In this document: positions 52,662-64,000 of the stretch, piece after piece
Layout: every line of letters begins with the position of its first letter
How positions within the stretch are numbered: the first letter of the stretch is position 1
Origin: an uncultured Alphaproteobacteria bacterium
GTDB taxonomy: Bacteria; Pseudomonadota; Alphaproteobacteria; Rhizobiales; Methyloligellaceae
Length of the DNA stretch: 64,000 nt
Assembly (NCBI GenBank): GCA_963812105.1
Contig: CAWEUF010000010.1
Coordinates: 145,002 to 209,001 of the forward strand
Reading direction: 5' to 3'
Notes under the pieces: generated by a model
Databases searched by the model: none
Seen by the model: only the letters and a program-made list of their open reading frames with translations
Told to the model about the DNA's origin: nothing
Made by a program: the position numbers and the translations under genes

Positions 52662-53150
52662 ATGCGGTGTTGCGTCGTTCTTGCCGTGGCGATGACCGGG
52701 CTGGCGCCGGTCGCCGGCGCCGAACCGCTCTGGACGGTCGAGGCCGCGCAGATCGCCTATCTGGTCTACGGCGAGCCCGGCAGGCCGGTGCTGTCGATCT
52801 CGTGCGGACAGGCAGAGGGAGAAACCGGACGCGACGAGACCCGCATCGAGGTCGAGGTCGAGAAGGGCAACAAGCCCGGCAAGCACAAGGTCGTGCTTCG
52901 CGTCGACGAGGACAAAGGCCACCAAGCCGTGCCGCTCACGCCGCTGATCTGCGGGGGCTCGAACGCATGCCAAAATCAGCCGGACGGCGAGGTCTATCGT
53001 TACGAGACGAGCGTACCGAGCAAGGATCTCGCGGTCGACATCGCCAGCAAGGCGAAAATGCTGTCGATCGATGCGCCCGGCGCCAAGATCACCGCGCCGG
53101 CCGACCCGGTCGCCTTCAAGAAATTCTCGATCGGTTGCCTGAATTGGTGA
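52662..53150 (+). CDS. Secreted hypothetical protein
   Basis: Signal peptide ending AGA; LVYGEP...LSISC ... FSIGC pattern; host-like codon usage. Confidence 0.7.
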   Translation: MRCCVVLAVAMTGLAPVAGAEPLWTVEAAQIAYLVYGEPGRPVLSISCGQAEGETGRDETRIEVEVEKGNKPGKHKVVLRVDEDKGHQAVPLTPLICGGSNACQNQPDGEVYRYETSVPSKDLAVDIASKAKMLSIDAPGAKITAPADPVAFKKFSIGCLNW

Positions 53151-53221
53151 GTGCTGCGGACCCTTCCCTGGCGAGAACAAAACGTGTACATTGGCGCTGG
53201 CGCAACAGAGGGAGATGGGTC

Positions 53222-53473
53222 ATGCGCGCTCTCGCCATTTCAGCCATGATTATGATTTCGTTTGCTTTTCTCGCTCCGCTAGGGCCATCGGCGGCGGTCG
53301 CCCAAGAGGTCTGCCGCTGCAAAGGCTGCGGCTGCAAAGGCGGCCCAGGCTGGCGCGGCCCTGACGGGATGTGCGTCTCCACCGCCAAGCTTGCGGAAAT
53401 CTGCGGCACGCCGGCCGGGACGCCGTGCAAGCAAGAGGCCGCCGCGCGGGTCTGCTTCGGCAAGCAGTCGTGA
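53222..53473 (+). CDS. Small secreted Cys-rich protein
   Basis: GGGAG RBS, signal peptide ending AVA, CRCKGCGCKGGPGWRGPDGMC...CG...C...C (8 Cys). Confidence 0.75.
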   Translation: MRALAISAMIMISFAFLAPLGPSAAVAQEVCRCKGCGCKGGPGWRGPDGMCVSTAKLAEICGTPAGTPCKQEAAARVCFGKQS

Positions 53474-53559
53474 GGCGCCGCTCCGTCGAGCGGAACTCAG
53501 GGCTCGAGCCCCTGACCCGCTCGACGAAGCCGCCTGTCAGCACACCGCGTTAGCAGCGG

Positions 53560-53970
53560 TCAGCACACCCAGACATAGCTGCAGCTCAGGCTGTCGCAGA
53601 GATATTCGTAGTGGCAGAAGCCGGCGTAGTTGCGCGAGGTCGGCTTGGCGCTGCGATTGGCGGCATAGCCGTCCGCTTCGACCACGATGGCGTCGACGTC
53701 GTAGAACACGGGCTTGCCGTCAGCACTCGCCTTGGGATCGGCCACCGGCGCGTCGATCGAAGCGAGGAGCCTCGCCGCGGCCATCAGCATGTCGGGGTCC
53801 TTGGCGGACCGGCCGATGACGATCAGCGTATTGGCGACGCCGGCCTTGGTCTGTCCGGCGGCGATTTGCGCCGCGCTCATCTTGGCGTCGTCTTCGGCGA
53901 AGGATTTGAGCGGAATGGCGGCGCAAACCAGCAACGCCGCGACGGCGCAAACAATTGACAGTGCTTTCAT
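53560..53970 (-). CDS. Secreted hypothetical protein with C-terminal four-Cys motif
   Basis: GGAG RBS, signal peptide ending SFA, ends CHYEYLCDSLSCSYVWVC. Confidence 0.72.
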   Translation of the reverse strand: MKALSIVCAVAALLVCAAIPLKSFAEDDAKMSAAQIAAGQTKAGVANTLIVIGRSAKDPDMLMAAARLLASIDAPVADPKASADGKPVFYDVDAIVVEADGYAANRSAKPTSRNYAGFCHYEYLCDSLSCSYVWVC

Positions 53971-54247
53971 GAGGATATTCTCCGGGTGATGCGAGCTCTT
54001 CTGACTTGAAAGCAGAGCAAGCAAGCGGGAGCCGACAAAAGCTGCGCCGACCTGTCTGCTCCCACCGCAACTCTCCTTCGGCTCGATGGAGAGTCAAGTT
54101 AACTCTAGGTAGGACAGACGCGTGCGGCACTACCCAAATGGGTAGGGACGACGGGCGCCGGCGGCGAAAATCTCTGGATTTGCGCGCGGGCGCCGCTCGG
54201 CCCTAAGCTCCCTCGCCATGCAAGCCTTCAGAGCGCGAGCGTAAGCC

Positions 54248-55162
54248 TTGGTCGAGAACGCGGCGGCGCCGTCACCAGCCATCATCCATCAGGCGAGCAT
54301 CGAGGCCGAGGCGTTGCTTGGCGAGCGGATCGTCCGCGCGCTGGAAGAGGCGGCGGAGCCCGCTCCGGTCGCGGTCGGACTGTTCGAGCGCGGACCAGGT
54401 CGCTGCGAAATCTTCGCCCATTACGATGCGCCGCCTCGGCGCGAGGCGCTGCTGGCGCTGATCGCGCAGGCCGGCGGAAACGGGAGCTCGTCCCTCACCA
54501 TCGAGGAAATCGCGCCCGCCGATTGGGTGACCCTGTCGCAAGGCCAACGCGGTCCGGTTTCTGCCGGACGCTTCGTGGTCCACGGCAGCCACGACCGGAG
54601 CAAAATGCCGCGGCGCCGCCATGTCATCGAGATCGACGCCGGCCAGGCGTTCGGCACGGCTCATCATGCCTCGACGCGCGGCTGCCTGCTGGCGCTCGAC
54701 GATCACCTCAAGCGCCATCGCCCGCGCCTGGTGATCGATATCGGCACCGGCACCGGCATCCTTGCCATCGCCGCCGCCGCGCTCAAGTTGAGGGTGGTGG
54801 CGAGCGACAGCGATCCGGTGGCGGTCATGACCGCGGCCGACAATGCACGACAGAACGGCGTGGCGCCGTCGCTGCGCGTGCTCCAGGCGCGTGGCTTTCT
54901 GCATCCCTTGCTGTGGCGGGCCAAGGCCGATCTGGTGCTCGCCAACCTGCTCGAGCGCGCGCTCTACGATCTCGCGCCAGAGCTCGCGCGCCATGTTCGA
55001 CCCGGCGGCACCGCGATTCTTTCCGGCCTCACCCTAACCCAGGCGCGTGCAATCGAGGCGCGCACCCTCGGCCATGGTTTCACCCTCAAAAAGCGAATCA
55101 TTCTCGAAGGATGGGCGACCCTGGTGATAACCCGTCGCAGCGCGCACATTGTGCGCGATTGA
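54248..55162 (+). CDS. prmA: Ribosomal protein L11 methyltransferase
   Basis: IDAGQAFGTAHHASTRGC, DIGTGTGIL, DLVLAN, ILSGL. Confidence 0.92.
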   Translation: MVENAAAPSPAIIHQASIEAEALLGERIVRALEEAAEPAPVAVGLFERGPGRCEIFAHYDAPPRREALLALIAQAGGNGSSSLTIEEIAPADWVTLSQGQRGPVSAGRFVVHGSHDRSKMPRRRHVIEIDAGQAFGTAHHASTRGCLLALDDHLKRHRPRLVIDIGTGTGILAIAAAALKLRVVASDSDPVAVMTAADNARQNGVAPSLRVLQARGFLHPLLWRAKADLVLANLLERALYDLAPELARHVRPGGTAILSGLTLTQARAIEARTLGHGFTLKKRIILEGWATLVITRRSAHIVRD

Positions 55163-55195
55163 TCGCAACGGAGCTTTGCGCTTACAACAGCCGGC

Positions 55196-57013
55196 ATGTA
55201 TCAAATTTTCGAAGACGTCAGTTCACCGGCCGCGAGCGGCGAGCGGGTCAAGGCGTTGCAACGGGAACTGAAGTCGAAGAGGCTCAAGGGCTTTCTCGTT
55301 CCCCATAGCGACGAGCATCAGAACGAGTTCCTGCCGCCTGCGGCCGAGCGCCTGGCGTGGCTGACCGGGTTCACCGGATCGGCCGGCGTGGCCGTGGTGC
55401 TGGACAAGTGGGCGGCACTGTTCGTCGACGGGCGCTACATCCTGCAGGCCCGGGCGCAGGTCGACCCGACTCTGTTCGAGGTGTTGCAGACGCCCGAGGC
55501 CAAGGCGTCGGCTTGGATCGCCGACAATCTTACCAAGGGTGCGGCGGTCGGCTACGATCCCGCGCTGCATACCATCAAAGAGATCGAGCGGCTGACCGAG
55601 ACGCTCGCCAAGTCGGGCATCAAGCTCAATCCGGTCGAGGTCAACCCGATCGATGCGCTGTGGCAGGACCGGCCCAAGCCGTCGCCCGCCCAGATCGTGC
55701 CGCACGGCGTCGAATATTCCGGGCGCAGCACCTTCGACAAGATCCGCGACGTGCAGGCGCACCTCAAGGAGAGCAATGTCGACGCAGTGCTCCTGACCCT
55801 GCTCGATTCGATCGCCTGGCTGTTCAATATCAGGGGCGGCGATCTCAAGCACACGCCGGTCGCGCTCGCCTTCGCCATCGTGCCGGCCACAGGGCGCCCG
55901 ACCCTGTTCATCGATCCGGCCAAGGTCGGCGACAACGTCAAAGGCGAACTGCGCGAGCTGGTCGATCTCGCCGAGCCGGCCGCGCTCACCGAGAGGCTCA
56001 AGGCGCTCGGCCAGGCCAAGGCACGCGTCAGGCTCGATCCCGACACCGCGCCGATCCGGTTCGCCCAATTGCTCAAGGCCGAGGGTGCTCAATTCGTGCC
56101 GGGCGCGGACCCGTGCATCGCGCCCAAGGCGATCAAGAACGAGGTCGAGATCAAAGGCGCGCACACCGCGCACCTGCGCGACGGCCTGGCCATGGCGCGG
56201 TTCCTCGCCTGGCTCGACGAGGTTGCCGAGTCCGGCAAGATCGACGAGGTGGCCGCAGCCATGAAGCTCGAAGATTGCCGCCGCGAGTCCGGCCAGCTCA
56301 AGGATATCAGCTTCGACACCATCTCCGCGGCCGGACCGAACGGCGCCATCGTCCATTACCGCCCGACCACCAAGGGCAAGCGCGCGCTGCAAACCGGCAC
56401 GCTCTATTTGATCGATTCCGGCGCCCAATACCGCGACGGCACCACCGACGTGACCCGCACCGTCGCCATCGGCACGCCGACGGCGGAGATGCGCCGGCAT
56501 TACGGGCTGGTGCTGAAGGCGCATATCGCCATCGCCACGGCGCGGTTTCCCAAGGGCACGCGCGGCCAGGACCTCGACCCGCTGGCGCGGCGGCCGCTGT
56601 GGGAGGCGGGGCTCGATTTCGACCATGGCACCGGCCATGGCGTCGGCAGCTATCTGTCGGTGCATGAGGGGCCGCAGCGCCTGTCGCGGCTCGGCACGGT
56701 CGAGCTCGAGCCCGGCATGATCCTGTCAAACGAGCCAGGCTATTATCTCGAAGGGCAATACGGCATCAGGCTGGAAAATCTGGTGCTGGTGACGCCGCCC
56801 GCGCGCATCCAAGGAGGCACGCGCGAGATGATGGGCTTCGAGACCCTGACGCTGGTGCCGTTCGACCGAAGGCTGATCGACCCGAAGCAGCTCGTGCCGT
56901 GGGAGCTCGCCTGGCTCAACGCCTATCACGCCCGGGTCAGGCGCGAGATCGAGCCGGTGCTGCTCAGCGACGACCGGGCCTGGCTCCGCCACGCCACCGC
57001 CCCGATCGGCTAG
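55196..57013 (+). CDS. Xaa-Pro aminopeptidase (aminopeptidase P, M24B)
   Basis: DEHQNE, TGFTGSAG, DSGAQYRDGTTDVTRT, HGTGHGVG..LSVHEGP, SNEPGYY. Confidence 0.95.
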   Translation: MYQIFEDVSSPAASGERVKALQRELKSKRLKGFLVPHSDEHQNEFLPPAAERLAWLTGFTGSAGVAVVLDKWAALFVDGRYILQARAQVDPTLFEVLQTPEAKASAWIADNLTKGAAVGYDPALHTIKEIERLTETLAKSGIKLNPVEVNPIDALWQDRPKPSPAQIVPHGVEYSGRSTFDKIRDVQAHLKESNVDAVLLTLLDSIAWLFNIRGGDLKHTPVALAFAIVPATGRPTLFIDPAKVGDNVKGELRELVDLAEPAALTERLKALGQAKARVRLDPDTAPIRFAQLLKAEGAQFVPGADPCIAPKAIKNEVEIKGAHTAHLRDGLAMARFLAWLDEVAESGKIDEVAAAMKLEDCRRESGQLKDISFDTISAAGPNGAIVHYRPTTKGKRALQTGTLYLIDSGAQYRDGTTDVTRTVAIGTPTAEMRRHYGLVLKAHIAIATARFPKGTRGQDLDPLARRPLWEAGLDFDHGTGHGVGSYLSVHEGPQRLSRLGTVELEPGMILSNEPGYYLEGQYGIRLENLVLVTPPARIQGGTREMMGFETLTLVPFDRRLIDPKQLVPWELAWLNAYHARVRREIEPVLLSDDRAWLRHATAPIG

Positions 57014-57268
57014 ATGGCGATCGAGGTCTTCGTCTCGGCCGCGGCGGCAACGCTCACCACGGCGGCGTTCCTGCCCCAGGCGCTGCACATCATCCGCTAC
57101 AAGGACACCCGCGCGATCTCGCTGATTATGTATGTGGCGTTCGCCACCGGGGTGTTGTTGTGGATGGTGTTCGGCCTGCTGATCGGCAATTGGCCGATCA
57201 TCGTCTCCAACGCCATCACGCTCGGGCTGGCGCTCGCCATCATCGCCATGAAGCTGAAATATGGCTGA
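57014..57268 (+). CDS. SemiSWEET family transporter
   Basis: LTT.AFLPQ, DTRAISL, LW..FG, PIIVSN; three TM helices. Confidence 0.92.
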   Translation: MAIEVFVSAAAATLTTAAFLPQALHIIRYKDTRAISLIMYVAFATGVLLWMVFGLLIGNWPIIVSNAITLGLALAIIAMKLKYG

Positions 57269-57271
57269 GGC

Positions 57272-59427
<2,156 letters not shown>

Positions 59428-61107
59428 TCATGCCGAGCGGGTCATCAGCCGATCGGCCGCTTTGCGCGCCTCGTCGGTGATGGTCTGGCCGGCCAGCATG
59501 CGCGCGATCTCCTCGCGGCGATGCTCGCCTTCGAGCACGGCGACGCGGGTGGCCATGGCCTCGCCGTCCGGGCCGCGCACCGCCTCCTTGGCGATCAGCA
59601 AATGGCCGGCGGCGACGGCCGCGACCTGGGGCGCGTGGGTCACCGCCAGCACCTGGGCGCCGGCGGCGAGCCGTGCCAGACGCTCGCCGACGGCCGCCGC
59701 GGTCGCCCCGCCAACGCCGGCGTCGGCCTCGTCGAACACCAAGGTCGGCGCCGAGCCGCGGGCGGCAAGCACGACTTTGAGCGCCAATATGAACCGTGCC
59801 AGCTCGCCGCCCGAGGCGACCTTCAGCAACGGGCCAGGCTCGGTGCCGGGATTGGTCCTGACCCAAAAGGCCACGCGGTCGATCCCGCTCGGCCCGCCTT
59901 CGGCGAGTTCGACGGTGTCGATATGGGTGATGAAGCTCGCTTTTTCGAGCTTGAGCGGGCCGAGTTCGCCCGCGACCTCGTGATCGAGCCGCTTGGCCGC
60001 GTGGTGCCGTGCCTTGCTCAGTCCGGTTGCCAAGGTCTCATAGACCCTGCGGGCCGAAGCGGCGGCCTTGGCCAGCTCGCCAGCCCGCGTCTCGCTGGTT
60101 TCGAGCGCCGCCAGCTCGGCTTCGAGCCGCGCGACCAAGGCCGGCAGATCGTCGACCATGACCTTGTGCTTGCGCGCCAGCGCGCGGAGCGCGAACAGCC
60201 GCTCCTCGGCCTGCTCGAGCTCCTTGGGCTCGAACGAGGTGGCGGCCAGCGCCTCCTCGATCTTGGCCTGGGCGGCATTGGCCTCGGTCAGCGCGCGTTC
60301 GAGCGCGGCAGCGACCGGGGCGAGCAGGTCGGGGATCGTCGCCGCCTGGCGTTCGATGCGGCGAAGCGCCGCCGCGAGGCGCGCACCGCTGGTGCCCTCC
60401 CCTTGCAGGGCATCGAGCGCCTCGGTGAGCTCGGCGGCAATTTTCTCGGCGTTCATCATCAGCTGGCGCCGGGAGGCCAAGGCCTCCTCCTCCCCGGCCT
60501 GCGGATCGAGCAGCCGAAGCTCCTCGAGCGCGTGGCTGAGATAGTCGGCATTGGCGCGCGAGGCGGCGATCTCGCGGTCATGGCGGGACCGTTCGGCCTC
60601 GGCGGTTTGCCACGTGTCGTAGGCCTCGGCGACGCGCGCCGCCTCCCCGCTCAAGCCGCCGAAGGCATCCACCAGGTCGCGATGGCCGGACGGATCGATC
60701 AGGGCGCGGTCATCGTGCTGGCCGTGGATCTCGACCAGCGCCTGCCCCACTTGGCGCAGCAGCTGCACGCTCACGCTGGTGTCATTGATGAAGGCGCGGC
60801 TGCGTCCGTCGGCGCCCTGGACCCGGCGCAAGATCAGGGCGTCATCGGTGGCGATGCCGTTCTCGGCCAGGAGCGCGAACACCGGATGGCTGGTGGGCAG
60901 GTCGAACACCGCCGTGACCTGGCCTTGGCTCGCGCCGCGGCGTACCAGCGAAGTGTCGCCGCGCCCGCCGATAGCGAGCGAGAAGGCGTCGAGCAGGATC
61001 GACTTGCCGGCGCCGGTCTCTCCGGTCAGCACCGACAGGCCTTGGCCGAATTCGAGGTCGAGTTTGTCGATCAGGACGATGTCGCGGATCGACAGGGCGG
61101 CTAGCAT
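59428..61107 (-). CDS. recN: DNA repair protein RecN
   Basis: LTGETGAGKS, EIHGQH, VASGGELAR, FDEAD.GVGG, VTHAPQVAA. Confidence 0.97.
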   Translation of the reverse strand: MLAALSIRDIVLIDKLDLEFGQGLSVLTGETGAGKSILLDAFSLAIGGRGDTSLVRRGASQGQVTAVFDLPTSHPVFALLAENGIATDDALILRRVQGADGRSRAFINDTSVSVQLLRQVGQALVEIHGQHDDRALIDPSGHRDLVDAFGGLSGEAARVAEAYDTWQTAEAERSRHDREIAASRANADYLSHALEELRLLDPQAGEEEALASRRQLMMNAEKIAAELTEALDALQGEGTSGARLAAALRRIERQAATIPDLLAPVAAALERALTEANAAQAKIEEALAATSFEPKELEQAEERLFALRALARKHKVMVDDLPALVARLEAELAALETSETRAGELAKAAASARRVYETLATGLSKARHHAAKRLDHEVAGELGPLKLEKASFITHIDTVELAEGGPSGIDRVAFWVRTNPGTEPGPLLKVASGGELARFILALKVVLAARGSAPTLVFDEADAGVGGATAAAVGERLARLAAGAQVLAVTHAPQVAAVAAGHLLIAKEAVRGPDGEAMATRVAVLEGEHRREEIARMLAGQTITDEARKAADRLMTRSA

Positions 61108-61117
61108 GGCGGGTGCT

Positions 61118-61996
61118 TCAGGCCGGCTTGCCGTCGCCCTTCCAGGTCTGGGTGATCCAAGACCCTTCGTGCTCCTGCGGCTTGAGGCCTTGTTTTCCCA
61201 AAAGCGCGTAAGCGTGCCGGTACCACTTGCTGTCCGGGAAGTTGTGGCCGAGCACGGCAGCGGCCGTTTGGGCCTCGTTGACGATGCCTAAGGCCATATA
61301 GGCCTCGGTGAGGCGCATCAAGGCCTCTTCCACCTGCTCGGTCGTCTGATAGTCGGTCACCACGCTGCGGAAGCGGTTGATCGCCGCGAGGAAATTGTTG
61401 TGGCGGAGGTAGTAGCGGCCGACCACCATCTCGTTGGCCGCCAGAAGATCGCGCAGAATACGCGCCCGGTTCTGCGCCTGAGCCGCGTAGCGCGACTCGG
61501 GATAGCGCTGCAACAGGGTGTCATAGGCGACCAGCGCCTTGCGGGCGGTGGTCTGATCGCGCTTCGGATCAAGCACCCGGTCGTAATAGGACATGGCGAT
61601 GATGTCCTGGGCGAGGTCCGATTCCTGAGTGCCGGGGTGAAGCGTGAGGTAGCGGTCGGCAGCTCCGATCGCCTCATCATATTTGGCGGCCTTGTAATAG
61701 GCGTAGGCCGCCATGAGGATGGCCCGGCGGGCCTCCTGCGAATAAGGGTGATTGATGTCGACTTGTTCGTAGGCCCGGGCGGCATCGCCGTATTTGCCGG
61801 TATCGACGAGCACTTCGGCCTTTTTATAGATGACATCCGGCGGGTCGTTATTCTCCGGGACCTCCGCCTTGTTGCCGCCGAGCCAGCCGAACGAGCTGCA
61901 GCCGGCGAGCAGACCGGCCATAACCACAACGCAGGCGACCCTGGCCGGCGCCCAAAGACGCGCCGACACGCGCTGCGGCTCAACCCAACCGGTCAT
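61118..61996 (-). CDS. bamD: Outer membrane protein assembly lipoprotein BamD
   Basis: Lipobox LLAGC, TPR helices, RDQT, VGRYYL, AAINRF, VLGHNFPDSKWY. Confidence 0.93.
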   Translation of the reverse strand: MTGWVEPQRVSARLWAPARVACVVVMAGLLAGCSSFGWLGGNKAEVPENNDPPDVIYKKAEVLVDTGKYGDAARAYEQVDINHPYSQEARRAILMAAYAYYKAAKYDEAIGAADRYLTLHPGTQESDLAQDIIAMSYYDRVLDPKRDQTTARKALVAYDTLLQRYPESRYAAQAQNRARILRDLLAANEMVVGRYYLRHNNFLAAINRFRSVVTDYQTTEQVEEALMRLTEAYMALGIVNEAQTAAAVLGHNFPDSKWYRHAYALLGKQGLKPQEHEGSWITQTWKGDGKPA

Positions 61997-62201
61997 GCGA
62001 CCCCTCAAAACCGTCCCCTCGCGCGCAGATGGTTGCCGCAGCCCGGAGGCTGCCGGCCAAAGCTAGCGCAGCTGTTACCACCCAACTAGCGGATTATGGT
62101 GATTTTTTGCCCCGTCACGCGCAGACGGCGCATTGCCGGGACTTAGCGGCGCCAAGCTGCACGCAAAGGTAGCTGGAAAGCAGTCCGACGGCCGTGTCCG
62201 A

Positions 62202-63152
62202 TCAGCTCCGCTCGGCGGCGAAGTTGGCGGCCGCAAGGCGATGGCTGAGCTCGGCATGACGAACCTCGCGGTAACGCGGGGCTTCGACCATGGTCCAGGC
62301 CTCGGCATCGGCGAACAGCGCCTTGAGCACCAGCGCATTCAGCCGGTGGCCGCCGCGATGAGAGCGGTAAGCGCCGAGGATCGGTGCGCCCGCCAGAGCG
62401 AGGTCGCCAACCGCATCGAGCGCCTTGTGGCGCACGAACTCGTCGGAGAATCTCAGCCCTTCGCGGTTGATGATGCGGTCGTCGCCGATCGCCACGGTGT
62501 TTTCCAGCGAGGCGCCAAGGGCGAGACCGGCGGCCCATAGCCGCTCGACATCTTTCATGAAGCCGAAGGTGCGGGCCCGCGCGAGCTCGCGGCGGAAGGA
62601 ACCGGGGTTCAGGTCGATTTCGATCTTCTGGGTGCCGATCAGCGGCGTGTCGAAATCGATCTCAACGTCGAGACGGAAGCCGTTATGCGGGGTGAGTTCG
62701 CCATAGGCGCCGGCGTCTTCCACCGCGACCCGCTTCAAGACTTTGAGGAAGCGGCGGGGAGCCTCAAGCTCGGCAAGACCAACCTCGTCGATCGCCTCGA
62801 CGAAGCGCGAGGCGCTGCCGTCCATGATCGGGACTTCGGCGCTGTCGATTTCGATCAGGGCGTTGTCGACGCCAAGACCGCGCAGGGCGGCCAGAAGGTG
62901 CTCGACCGTCGCCACGGAGGCGCCATTGCCGTCACCGATGATGGTGCAGAGCGTCACGCCGGTGACCGACCGCTGGTCGGCTACGACCTCGGTGCCCTCG
63001 CCATGACCGTTGGAAAGAAGGAAACGGATACCAGTGTCGCCATCAGCCGGACAAAGAGAGATGGAAACTGGCGCCCCGCTATGAACCCCGGTGCCGGTGA
63101 GTGAAATCTCGCTGGCAAGCGTAGTTTGGCGTGCCCCTATGAAACCCTTCAT
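62202..63152 (-). CDS. lpxC: UDP-3-O-acyl-N-acetylglucosamine deacetylase
   Basis: QTTL, GVHSG, TVEHLLAAL, EVPIMDGS, ARTFGF, HKALDAVGDL. Confidence 0.97.
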   Translation of the reverse strand: MKGFIGARQTTLASEISLTGTGVHSGAPVSISLCPADGDTGIRFLLSNGHGEGTEVVADQRSVTGVTLCTIIGDGNGASVATVEHLLAALRGLGVDNALIEIDSAEVPIMDGSASRFVEAIDEVGLAELEAPRRFLKVLKRVAVEDAGAYGELTPHNGFRLDVEIDFDTPLIGTQKIEIDLNPGSFRRELARARTFGFMKDVERLWAAGLALGASLENTVAIGDDRIINREGLRFSDEFVRHKALDAVGDLALAGAPILGAYRSHRGGHRLNALVLKALFADAEAWTMVEAPRYREVRHAELSHRLAAANFAAERS

Positions 63153-63456
63153 GGCCCCCGTCGGCCCCCGAGCCGTCTTCTGAGTTCCCTACTAGCCCGA
63201 GGAGAGAACCCCCGAGCCCCCCATTGATCAGCTCTCCCTGGCACTTTAAGCTGGACCTTATCGGTCCTTGGATTGTGCCTTTTTGGTCCTGCTGATCAAT
63301 CTAACAAGAAGCTTAACGCTGGGACTCAAGGGCGACAAATCACGGTTTCTTTCACTGTATTACCGGCCGGGCAACCTCATAACTCATTGATGTAACTCGG
63401 TTTCCATCGTTCGTCGGTGGTCTGACGAGCATTTTGGTTAACCGCTGGCGCTCCGT

Positions 63457-64000
63457 CTAGTTCGCCCGGCGGCGCAGGAAAGCTGGGATCTCCAAATCGT
63501 CATCCATCAGTGATTCGCTTGCCGCTTCAGCCATTTCGACCGGAACCGCCCGGACTTGCGCCTCGATCCGTTTAGGCGCCGCAGGGGCGGCCGGCTCGTT
63601 GCGCGGCCGCTCGATCCGGATGCCCCGTGGCGCCGCCGAGGGGGTTTGCAGCTGGGGTCTCGGCGCTTGAGGCTGGGGGGTCTCGCCCCAGGCCTGACCG
63701 AATTCCGGCTCGCGCTTGGACGGCATCTCGGCGTCAGGCTCTTTGCGGGACCGGCCGACATTGGCCAGCCGCTCGAGGAAGCCGACCTTCTTCTTCTGCT
63801 CCCTCAGTCCAAAGCCCGGCGATTCGCCCGACTTGGCCTTGATCGCGTTTTGCGCCACCACCGGCAGCTCTTCGATGCTCGGCATGCGCCGCACCGGACG
63901 CCTGACGGCAGAGGGCTGCGCCGGCTGGAACGGCCGAGACGGCGCTTGCGGCGCGGGCTTCTGCTGAGACATGCCAAGCGGCAAGCCAATCCCGGTTGCC
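63457..64000 (-). CDS. ftsZ: Cell division protein FtsZ, C-terminal part (gene starts beyond the window)
   Basis: Long Pro-rich linker ending DDLEIPAFLRRRAN*; ftsZ-lpxC-bamD-recN-ligA synteny. Confidence 0.92.
   Translation of the reverse strand, partial: ATGIGLPLGMSQQKPAPQAPSRPFQPAQPSAVRRPVRRMPSIEELPVVAQNAIKAKSGESPGFGLREQKKKVGFLERLANVGRSRKEPDAEMPSKREPEFGQAWGETPQPQAPRPQLQTPSAAPRGIRIERPRNEPAAPAAPKRIEAQVRAVPVEMAEAASESLMDDDLEIPAFLRRRAN

Noticed and set aside
63301-63445. CtrA boxes between ftsZ and lpxC
   Set aside because: Only half-sites (TTAA, GGTTAACC); no TTAA-N7-TTAA spacing

Overview
GC-rich alphaproteobacterial chromosome segment, most likely Hyphomicrobiales (Rhizobiales). The two-piece tmRNA with tag ANDNYAEARLAA, alpha-type SspB and an HWE kinase support this; the PQQ-relay genes suggest a Methyloceanibacter/Hyphomicrobium-like methylotroph (inference). 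Most of the window is housekeeping: mreBCD-mrdA-rodA, tRNA-Lys, leuA, ilvBNC, kup, miaA, hflKC-degP, thyA-folA, ssrA-sspB, fumC, asmA-like, uvrD, prmA, ligA, recN, bamD, lpxC and the 3' end of ftsZ. The best candidate for a new system is a four-gene siaABC-type partner-switch operon (2025-6923). Its sensor is a soluble five-PAS PP2C phosphatase, and its output gene encodes a class III adenylate cyclase carrying a SiaD-like N-terminal helix, in place of the diguanylate cyclase SiaD. Other notable items: a glutaminase-STAS-cNMP fusion behind a sigma54/NtrC-like promoter, a Leu-rich leuA leader peptide, two unexplained structured intergenic elements (about 18.0 kb and upstream of lpxC), a Kup with altered ion-site residues, and several small Cys/His-rich secreted proteins. 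Five apparent single-base insertions (SnoaL gene, ilvB, degP, ligA twice) look like assembly errors. No IS, integrase, prophage or CRISPR array was seen. All family calls come from motif recognition by eye, not database searches.
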